Translations under genes and position numbers: made by a program
DNA from: Mobula hypostoma
Taxonomy: Eukaryota
Assembly (NCBI RefSeq): GCF_963921235.1
Contig: NC_086108.1
Location: 114,330,001-114,394,000 of the forward strand
Reading direction: 5' to 3'
Length of the DNA stretch: 64,000 nt
Notes under the pieces: generated by a model
What the model saw: the letters and a program-made list of their open reading frames with translations, nothing else
What the model was told of the DNA's origin: nothing
Database searches by the model: none
Shown: positions 53,964 through 64,000 of the stretch, piece after piece
Numbering within the stretch: the stretch's first letter is position 1
Layout: every line of letters begins with the position of its first letter

Positions 53964-54701
53964 GGTTTTTAAGTAACTGGGCTGTTGCTTATGGAGACGA
54001 CCTTTGACCTGATCACAACCAGATTGGGCCAGTTGTCTGTAAAACACTGGTCCACTCACACTTCTTAAAGATAAGCTTCATGCATTTTTTCACGTTGTCT
54101 CATGTCCATGGAAAGATACTGTAAAATGCGTTGTTTGCGTCAACAGCCCACATGGTCCGAGATGTGCTGGGAGCTTCCAACAACAACGTAGCGTGCCTGC
54201 GACTTGCTGAGCGTCAACCTGACATCTTTGGAACGTGGGGGAGATCGCGAGCATCTGGGCCATACCCACACGGTCATGGGGAGAACATACAAACTCCTGA
54301 CAGACGGCAACGGCAATTGAGCTCCGGTCGTGATCGCTGGGGCTCTAAAGCAATTCAGCTAACCGTTACGCTACCATGCCATCCACACTGTGGATTCATT
54401 ATTTTATTTTGAGATATAGTGCTGAACAGACCCTCCCAGCCCAACGGGCCCTGTCAATTTAACTTTAGTCTAATCCCAGAGCGATTTTAAATGGCCATCG
54501 TTAGACTATGGGAGGAAACCGGAGAACCCGGAAGAAATCCAGGTGCACATGGGAAAGAAATGCAAACTTGCTCACTGAGGATGCTGGGGTTGACCTCTGA
54601 ACTCGGACGCCCCGAGTTGGAACAGTGCTTCAATAACGGCTATATTATCATGGCACCACAGAGCATCACGGTCACAGTGTGACTCTCCCCCAGCTCAGCG
54701 G

Positions 54702-56385
54702 GTGTACAGGGAGTAGAGTGGGGGTTGAGGACACAGTCGTGAGTGTACAGGGAGTAGAGTGGGGATTGAGGACACAGTTGTGAGGGTACAGGGAGTAGAG
54801 TGGGGATTGAGGACACAGTCGTGAGTGTACAGGGAGTAGAGTGGGGGTGTTGAGGACACAGTCGTGAGTGTACAGGGAGTAGAGTGGGGGCTGAGGACAC
54901 AGTCGTGAGTGTACAGGGAGTAGAGTGGGGGCTGAGGACACAGTCGTGAGTGTACAGGGAGTAGGGTGGGGATTGAGGACACAGACCTAAGTGTACAGGG
55001 AGTAGAGTGGGGGTGTTGACACAGTCGTGAGTGTACAGGGAGTAGAGTGGGGGTTGAGGACACAGTCGTGAGTGTACAGGGAGTAGAGTGGGGGTTGAGG
55101 ACACGGTCGTGAGTGTACAGGGAGTAGAGTGGGGGTGTTGACACAGTCGTGAGTGTACAGGGAGTAGAGTGGGGGTTGAGGACACAGTCGTGAGTGTACA
55201 GGGAGTAGAGTGGAGGTTGAGAACACAGTCGTGAGTGTACAGGGAGTAGAATCGGGGTGTTGACACAGTCGTGAGTGTACAGGGAGTAGAGTGGGTGTTG
55301 AGGACACAGTCGTGAGTGTACAGGGAGTAGAGTGGGGATTGAGGACACAGTCGTGAGTGTACAGGGAGTAGAGTGGGTGTTGAGGACACAATCGTGAGTG
55401 TACAGGGAGTAGAGTGGAGGTTGAGGACACAGTCGTGAGTGTACAGGGAGTAGAGTGGAGGTTGAGGACACAGTCGTGAGTGTACAGGGAGTAGAGTGGG
55501 GGTTGAGGACACTGTCGTGAGTGTACAGGGAGTAGAGTGGGGATTGAGGACACAGTCGTGAGTGTACAGGGAGTAGAGTGGAGGTTGAGGACACAGTCGT
55601 TAGTGTACAGGGAGTAGAGTGGGGGTTGAGGACACAGTCGTGAGTGTACAGGGAGTAGAGTGGGGGTTGAGGACACAGTCGTGAGTGTACAGGGAGTAGA
55701 GTGGGGGTTGAGGACACAGTCGTGAGTGTACAGGGAGTAGAGTGGAGGTTGAGGACACAGTCGTGAGTGTACAGGGAGTAGAGTGGAGGTTGAGGACACT
55801 GTCGTGAGTGTACAGGGAGTAGAGTGGGGGTTGAGGACACAGTCGTGAGTGTACAGGGAGTAGAGTGGAGGTTGAGGACACTGTCGTGAGTGTACAGGGA
55901 GTAGAGTTGGGGTGTTGAGGATACAGTCGTCAGTGTACAGGGAGTAGAGTGGGGGTTGAGGACACAGTCGTGAGTGTACAGGGAGTAGAGTGGGAGATTG
56001 AGGACACAGTCGTGAGTGTACAGGGAGTAGAGTGGGTGTTGAGGACACAGTCGTGAGTGTACAGGGAGTAGAGTGGGAGATTGAGGACACAGTCGTTAGT
56101 GTACAGGGAGTAGAGTGGAGGTTGAGGACACAGTCGTGAGTGTACAGGGAGTAGAGTGGAGGTTGAGGACACTGTCGTGAGTGTACAGGGAGTAGAGTGG
56201 GGGTTGAGGACACAGTCGTGAGTGTACAGGGAGTAGAGTGGGGGTTGAGGACACAGTCGTGAGTGTACAGGGAGTAGAGTGGGGATTGAGGATACAGTCG
56301 TCAGTGTACAGGGAGTAGAATGGGGGTTGAGGACACAGTCGTGAGTGTACAGGGTGTAGAGTGGGGGGACCAAGGACACCGCCTT
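54702..56385. repeat. 41-bp minisatellite, about 40 copies, derived from a LINE RT motif
   Basis: Unit GTCGTGAGTGTACAGGGAGTAGAGTGGGGGTTGAGGACACA. Confidence 0.96.
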
Positions 56386-56509
56386 GGGTCCATACATTCC
56401 AAACAACATCCTCCAAATCTAAAACGAAGTTTATTGGGCTGACATAACCAGTGTATAAAAACCATGAAAATTAGTACATACATTACAAATATTAGTAAAT
56501 ACCACCTAG

Positions 56510-57610
56510 TGCACAATTTCCTAAAGTTTAAGTCAGTGGAAAGAAAGGCAAATGTAATGTTAGCATTCTTTTCAGAAGGACTAGAATATAAGACCATACG
56601 ATATAGGAGCAGATTGAGGCCATTTGGCCCGTCGTGTCTGCTCCACCATTTCATTGTGGCTGATCCCTTTCCCTCACATCCCAATCTCCTGGCTTCTCCT
56701 CATACCCTTCATGCCCTGATCAATCAAAAATCTATCAATCATTGCCTTAAATATACATAAAGACTTGGCCTCCACAGGTACATGTGGCAAAGAATTCCAC
56801 TGATTCACTACTCTCCGGCTAAAGAAATTTCTCCTCATCTCCATACTAAAAGGACACCTCTATTATGAGGCTATGTTCTCTGGTCTTAGAGCCTTCCACC
56901 ATTGGACGCATCCTCTCCACATCTGCTCTATCAAGGCCTTTCTCCATTTGATAGGTTTCAATGAGATCACCTCTCATTCTTCTTAACTCTAGTGAATACA
57001 GGTCCAGAGTCACCAAACACTCTTCATATGACAAGCTATTGAATCCTGGAATCATTTTCATGAACTCCAAGTGAGGTTTCACCAGGGCTTTAACAGCAAA
57101 GATGTAATGCTTAGGCTTTTTAAGGCACTCGTCAAAACACACTTGGAGGATTGTGAACAGTTTCAGGCCCCTTACCTAAGAACAGAACATGATGGTGTTG
57201 GAGCGGGTCCAGAGGAGGTTCATGAGAATGATAATAGAAATGAAAGGGTTAATGTATGAGGAGCGCTTGATAGTTCTGTGTCTGTACTTATTGGAGTTCT
57301 GAAAAACGAGGGCGTCTCTCATTGAAACCTATCAAATATTGAAAGGCCTAGACAGAGTGGATGTGGAGAGGATGTTTCATATAGTTTGGGAGTCTAGGAC
57401 CAGAGGACACAGCCTCAGAATAGAGGGACGTCCATTTAAAACAGAGATCAGGAGGGTTGTGAATCTGTGGAATTCATTGCCATGGACGGCTGTGGAGGCT
57501 AAATCATTGAGTATATTTTAAATGGAGGTTGATAGGCTTTTGATGCCTCAGGGCCTCAATAGAAGGCGGCAGAATGGCCTAATTCTGCTCCTATGTCTTA
57601 TGGTCTTCCA
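56510..57610. mobile_element. CR1 (+) with an opposite-strand CR1 inserted at about 56590-57090
   Basis: RKANVMLAFFSEGLEYK resumes as SKDVMLRLFKALVK after a minus-strand CR1 3' end. Confidence 0.85.
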
Positions 57611-58389
57611 TCTTATAAACAAGTTAACAGTAATTGTACATGACTCACAGCACAGAATAAACTTAACGAGAACAGTGCAACTTGAGAGAGAGAAGAGATA
57701 CGGTTGGCAGTAAGTGTGAGTGTTGGGGATTTTCAGCTCGGTTCAAGAACCTGAAGGTCTTGGGAGTGTTTTACTGGGTATGAAGCTATCAGAAATAGAC
57801 CGGGAAACTAGATCTGTTTCCCTTGGACCCTAAGAAGGTTCATAACCTACTGGGACTTTGAGAGATTTGGCTGTAGGAAGTTGTTGAATCTGGGAATGTG
57901 AGCTGGCGCCAGAGATTCCCAGTTCCCTTTGAGAACACTGCCCTCTGGAGGGGAAAGCGGGGCTTGCTGTAGGAAGAACTGCACATTATTGGAGAGGAGC
58001 TAAAGTTAAAGAAAGATTAGCTTTATTTGTCATATTTACATCAAATCATACAATGACATGTGTCATTTGTGTCAACGACCAACTGTCTGAGGATCTGAAG
58101 GGCTTCTACAGAGGTATTGAAAGCAAAAGGATAACAGGGAATCTGGATGATCAGAGTGGCAATCTATGCACAGATGAAAAAGATCTTAAATGGATTTTTT
58201 GCATCTGTGTTTACTTGGGAGATGGACACAGAGTCTATAGAAGTGAGGCAAAGCAGCAGTGATGTCATGGGCCCTGTACAGAATACAGAGGAGGTGTTTG
58301 CTATCCTGAGGAAAACTCGGGTGGATAAATCCCCCAGGCTGACAAGGTTCCCTTGAACCTTGTGGAAGGCTAGGGGCCCTGCCAGAGGT

Positions 58390-58920
58390 CCCTCGCCATG
58401 GCTGAGATCTTTAACGTCTCTTTTCAGCCGTCTGAAGCACTGACCCGCTCTGAGCAGGCCTCAGTTGTACTGTGCTTTGAGAGGCTGGTTATATAGCTTG
58501 GATCTGCTCCGGAACAACAGGACCACAGCAGATGCCATTTCATTGCCTCTTCACTCAACCCTGGAACAAATGGACAGCAGAGATGCATACATCAGATGCT
58601 CTTCATGTTCCACAGCTCAGCACCAATACCGTCATCCCCTTAAACTAATCAACAAGCTCCAAGACCTTGACCTTGACACCTCCTTGTGCATTTGGATCCT
58701 CGATTTCCTCACTGCAGACCCCAGTCAGTTCAGATTGGCAACAACATCCCCTCACCAATCTCCATCAGCACAGGTGTACCACAAGGCTGTGTGCTTAGCC
58801 CCCTGCTCTCCTCACTTTGCACATGACCGTGAGGCTAAGCACAGCTCCAATGCCAACCGTCAGGCTCCGAAACCAGCGCGGATAATTTCACTCACCTCAA
58901 CACTGAACTGATGGACAATC
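58390..58920 (+). mobile_element. Rex-Babar-type RT fragment
   Basis: [37 protein letters not shown], frameshifted PQGCVLSPLL. Confidence 0.8.
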
Positions 58921-59321
58921 ACTTTGAAGGGCACACTTCATCCCATGTTCTCAGTGTACATATTTACTGTTTTCTGTGTTTGCGCAGTTTGTCTTCTTTT
59001 TGCAAATTAGCTGTTCGCTGGTCTTTGGGACTAGTTTATCACTGATTTTATGTAATTCTTTGTTCTGCTGTGAAGGCCTGCCATTAAATACTCTCAGGGT
59101 GGTATTTGGTGACATATACGTACTGTGAAATTGGTTTCTGTGCTGTGTGACTGTGACTGGGTCATTTTAACCACCATGCAAGACATGTTGTCAGCTCCAG
59201 AGGGCAGCAGACTTAAAGTTGACACAAAGGACTGCAGATCTCTAATCAGGAGCAGCAAAGAAGATTAAGGTGAGCTTTATTTGTCACATGTACATTGAAA
59301 CATCAAAACATACAGGGAAAT

Positions 59322-60791
59322 GCAACACACATAAAAGTTGCTGGTGAACGCAGCAGGCCAGGCAGCATCTTTAGGAAGAGGTACAGTTGACGTTTCGGGC
59401 CAAGACCCTTCGTCAGGACTAACTGAAAGAAGAGCTAGTAAGAGATTTGAAAGTGGGAGGGGGAGGGGGAGATCCGAAATGATAGGAGAAGACAGGAGGG
59501 GGAAGGATGGAGCCAAGAGCTGGACAGGTGATTGGCAAAAGGGATACGAGAGGATCATGGGACGGGAGGCCCAGGGAGAAAGAAAAGGGGGAGGGGGGAG
59601 AAAACCCAGAGGATGGGCAAGAAGTATAGTGAGAGAGACAGAGGGAGAAAAAGGAGAGAGAGAAAAAGAATGAGTGTATATAATAAATAACAGATGGGGT
59701 ACGAGGGGGAGGCGGGGCATTAGCGGAAGTTTGAGAAGTCAATGTTCATGCCATCAGGTTGGAGGCTACCCAGACGGAATATAAGGTGTTGTTCCTCCAA
59801 CCTGAGTGTGGCTTCATCTTTACAGTAGAGGAGGCCGTGGATAGACATGTCAGAATGGGAATGGGATGTGGAATTAAAATGTGTGGCCACTGGGAGATCC
59901 TGATTTCTCTGGCAGACAGAGCGTAGATGTTCAGCAAAGCGGTCACCCAGTCTGCGTCGGGTCTCGCCAATATATAGAAGGCCACATCGGGAGCACCGGA
60001 CGCAGTATATCACCCCAGCCAACTCACAGGTGAAGTATCGCCTCACCTGGAAGGACTGTTTGGGGCCCTGAATGGTGGTAAGGGAGGAAGTGTAAGGGCA
60101 TGTGTAGCACTTGTTCCGCTTACAAGGATAAGTGCCAGGAGGGAGATCGGTGGGGAGGGATGGGGGGGACGAATGGATAAGGGAGTCACGTAGGGAGCGA
60201 TCCCTGCGGAAAGCAGAGAGAGGGTGGAGGGAAAGATGTGCTTAGTGGTGGGATCCCGTTGGAGGTGGCGGAAGTTATGGAGAATAATATGTTGGACCCG
60301 GAGGCTGGTGGGGTGGTAGGTGAGGACCAGGGGAACCCTATTCCTAATGGAGTGGCGGGAGGATGGAGTGAGAGCTGATGTACGTGAAATGGGGGAGGTG
60401 CGTTTGAGAGCAGAGTTGATGGTGGAGGAAGGGAAGCCCCTTTCTTTAAAAAAGGAGGACACCTCCTTCGTCCTGGAATGAAAAGCCTCATCCTGAGAGC
60501 AGATGTGGTGGAGACGGAGGAATTGCGAGAAGGGGATGGCAGTTTTGCAAGAGACAGGGTGAGAAGAGGAATAGTCCAGATAGCTGTGAGAGTCAGTAGG
60601 CTTATAGTAGATCCAGAGATAGAGACAGAAAGATCTAGAACGGGGAGGGAGGTGTCAGAAATGGACCAGGTAAACTTGAGGGCAGGGTGAAAGTTGGAGA
60701 CAAAGTTAATGAAGTCAACGAGCTCAGCATGCGTGCAGGAAGCAGCGCCAATGCAGTCGTCGATGTAGCGAAGGAAAAGTGGGGGACAGAT
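59322..60791 (-). mobile_element. Penelope-like element (RT C-terminus plus GIY-YIG)
   Basis: FLRYIDDCIG, VIYCVRCSRCGLLYIGETRRRLGDRFAEHL; probable TSD GAAATGCA. Confidence 0.93.
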
Positions 60792-60854
60792 GAAATGCAT
60801 CATTTGTGTTAGTGACCAACACATGTACTGGGGACAGCCCACAAGTGTCGTCTT

Positions 60855-63440
60855 GTCGGAAGATGTTGAATCCGTGTGGGTTGAGTTAAGAAACTGCAAG
60901 GGTAAGAGGACCCTGATGGCAGTAATATACTGGCCTCCCGATAGTATATCGGATGTGGACCACAGATTACAACAGGAAATAGAGTAATATTATGATTGTC
61001 ATGGGAGATTTTAACATGCAGGTCACTTGGGAAAATCAGATTGGTAATGGATCTCAAGAGAATGAACTTTTTGAATGCTTACGAGATGGCTTTTTAGAGC
61101 AGTTTGGCACTGAGCCAACTAGGAGATCAGCTATACTGGATTGGGTGCTGTGTAATGAATCTGAGGTGATTAGGGAGTTTAAGGTAAAAGAACCCTTAGG
61201 AGGCAGTGATCACAATATAACTGGGTTCAACTTGAAATCTGATAGAGAGAAAGTAAAGTCTGATGCAGTATTTCAGTAGCGGAAGGATAATTACAGTGGT
61301 ATGAGAGAGGAGTTGGCCAAAGTAAATTGGAAGGAGCTGCAGGCAGGGATGTCAACAGAGCAACAATGCCGTGTGTTTCAGGGAAAATTGAGGAATGTGC
61401 AGGGCATGTGTATTCAAAAAATGAAGAGATACTCAAACTGTAAAATAGTACAACCGTAGCTGACAAGGGAAGTCAAAGCAAAAGAAAGGCCATACAATAA
61501 AGCAAAAATTAGTGGGAAGATAGAGGATTGGGAAGTCTTTAAGCACCTACAGAGAGCAACTAAAAAAATCATTAGAAGGGAAAAGATGAAATCTGAAAGC
61601 AAGCTAGCAAATAATATCAAAGTAATTGGAAAAGAGTTTTCAAGTATGTTAAAAATAAGTGAAATGAGAATGGATATAGGACCACTAGAAAATGAGGCAG
61701 GTGGAGGAATAATGTGGGCCAAGGAGATGGCAGATAAACTAAATGAGCATTTTGCACCAGTCTTCGCTTTGGAAGACACTAGCAGTGTGCCAGGTGTTGA
61801 AGGGTGTGAGGGAAGAGAAGTGGGTGCAGTTACTATTACAAGGGAGAAGGTTCTCAAAAAGCTGAAAAACCTAAAGGTACATAGGTCACCTGGACCGGAT
61901 GAACTGCACCCTAGAGTTCTGAAGGATTAGAGATTGTGGTGGCATTAGAAATGATCTTTCAAAAATCATTGGACTCTGGCATGGTGCCAAAGGACTGAAA
62001 AATTGCAAATGTCACTCCACTCTTTAAGAAAAGAGGAAGGCAGCAGAAAGGAAATTATGGACTAGTTAGCCTGACCTCAGTGGTTGGGAAGATGCTGGAG
62101 TCAATTGTTAAGGATGAGGTTATGGAGTACTTGGTGACACAGGACAAGATAGTACAAAGTCAGCATGGTTTCCTTCAGGGAAAATCCTGCCTGACAAACC
62201 TGTTGGAATTCTTAGAGGAGATTACAAGTAGGATAGATAAAGGGGAGGCAGTGGATGTTGTATATTTGGACTTTTAGAAGGCTTTTGACAAGGTGCCACA
62301 CATGAAGCTGCTTACCAAGTTAAGAGCCCATGGTATTACAGGAAAGTTCCTGGCATGGTTAGAGCACTGGCTGATTGGTAGGAGACAGCAAGCGGGAATA
62401 AAAGGATCCTTTTCTGGTTGGCTGCCAGTGACTAGTGGTGTTCCACAGGGGTCGATGTTGGGACCACTTCTTTTTATGTTGTATATAAATGATTTAGATG
62501 ATGGAATAGATGGCTTTGTTGCCAAGTTTGCAGATTAAATAAAGATTGGTGGAGAGGCAGGTAGTGTTGAGGAAACAGGTAGGCTGCAGAAGGATTTAGA
62601 CAGATTAGGAGAATAGGTAAGAAAGAGGCAAATAAAATACAGTGTTGGAAAATGCATGGTCATGCACTTCGGTAGTAGAAATAAATGTGCAGTCTATCTT
62701 CTAAACATGGAGAAAATCCAAAAATCTGAGATACAGAGGGGTTTGAGAGTTCTTGTGCAGAATACCCTGAAGGTTAACTAGCAAGTTGAGTCGGTGGTGA
62801 GGAAGGCAAATGCCATGTTAGCATTCATTTCAAGAGGTCTAGAATACAAGAGTAGGGACGTGAAGCTGAGGCTTTATAAGGCACTGGTGAGGCCTCACCT
62901 TGAGTATTGTGAACAGTTTTGGGCCCCTCATCTTAGAAAAGATGTGCTGGCATTGGAGAGGGTTACAAGGATGATTCCGGAAATGAAAGGGTTATCATAC
63001 AAGGGAAGTTTGATGGCTCCGGGTCCGTACTCGCTGGAATTTAGAAGGATGGGGGGGGGGGGATCTCATTAAAACCATTCGAATGTTGAAAGGCCTTGAC
63101 ATGGTAGATGTGGAAAGGATGTTTCCCGTGGTGGGGGAGTCTAGGACAAGAGGGCACAGCCTCAGGATAGAGGGGTATCCATTTAAACAGAAATGCAGAG
63201 AAATTAGCCAGAGGGTATTGAATTTGTAGAATTTGTCCATGGGCAGCTGTGGAGGCCAGGTCACTGGGTGCATTTAAGGCAGAGATTGATAGGTCCTTGA
63301 TTGGACATGGCATCAAAGGTTATGGGGAGAAGACTGGTGAGTGGGGCTGAGGAGGGGAATATAGATTCAGCCATGATTGAATGGTGGAGCAGACTCGATG
63401 GGCCAGAATGTCTAATTCTGCTCCTATGTTCTGTGGTCTT
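60855..63440 (+). mobile_element. Long degraded CR1 ORF2 (APE, tether, RT, 3'UTR)
   Basis: VMGDFN, ILDWVLCN, LGGSDHN, SPGPDELHPRVLK, GVPQGSMLGPLLF, KFAD; many stops. Confidence 0.93.
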
Positions 63441-63719
63441 TCTGGTGTCAATATAACATGCTCTCAACTTACTAACCCTAACCTGTAGGTGTTTGGACTG
63501 TAGGAGGAGTCCCATGTGGTCACAGGAAGAACGTTAAAACTCCTTATAGACAGCGATGGGAACTGAGCCCTGATCAGGGATCACTGGCACAGTAAAGTGA
63601 TTGTGCTAACTGGTATGCCACTGTCCTGCCCTGCGGGGAGGTGCTGATGGAACTTGGTGAGTCAGTGGACCCAAAACAACAATTGTCCATTTCCCTAGCG
63701 TCACTTTATGGACATTCAA

Positions 63720-63970
63720 TCAATAGTCATAGTCATAGTCATACTTTATTGATCCCGGGGGAAATTGGTTTTTGTTACAGTTGCACCATAAATAATAAAT
63801 AGTAATAGAACCATAAATAGTTAAATAGTAATATGTAAATTATGCCAGTAAATTATGAAATAAGTCCAGGACCAGCCTATCGGCTCAGGGTGTCTGACCC
63901 TCCAAGGGGGGAGTTGTAAAGTTTGATGGCCACAGGCAGGAATGACTTCCTATGACACTCGGTGCTGCAT
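63720..63970 (-). mobile_element. Rex-Babar-like LINE 3' end
   Basis: Reverse complement of 45665-45915, including the (CTATGA)n tail. Confidence 0.85.
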
Positions 63971-64000
63971 CAATTTATATAAGCTATTTTATGTATTTAA

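Noticed and set aside
54640..56416. Cys/His-rich ORFs resembling zinc-finger arrays
   Set aside because: The 41-bp unit cycles through frames; it is an RT-derived minisatellite, not a gene.

Overview
Vertebrate genomic DNA; the CR1, Penelope, Rex-Babar and V-SINE repeat mix suggests a cartilaginous fish (inference). The window holds the 3' portion of one + strand gene, a choline transporter-like protein of the SLC44A2/4/5 subfamily, most like SLC44A5. I read 12 coding exons by eye (1547-52780). All have GT-AG ends and consistent phases, total 1313 nt (about 437 aa) and end in TAA, with a likely poly(A) signal at 53958. The 5' exons lie upstream of the window. One intron (16873-18060) has minor-spliceosome (U12) signals. 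Most of the rest is decayed or nested retroelements (CR1, Penelope, Rex-Babar, RTE, tRNA/V-SINEs), two Tc1/mariner-superfamily relics and several large, mostly G-rich minisatellites. Most ORFs in the supplied track are TE fragments or repeat artefacts. I found no convincing new biological system. The best observations are the U12 intron, minimal hammerhead ribozyme motifs in Penelope termini (one intact in the sense strand of an intron), a 41-bp minisatellite apparently born from a LINE reverse-transcriptase motif, higher-order structure in a 33-bp minisatellite, and inverted TE pairs flanking exon blocks. Exon coordinates were read to the base; TE boundaries are approximate and family calls come from recalled motifs, not searches.
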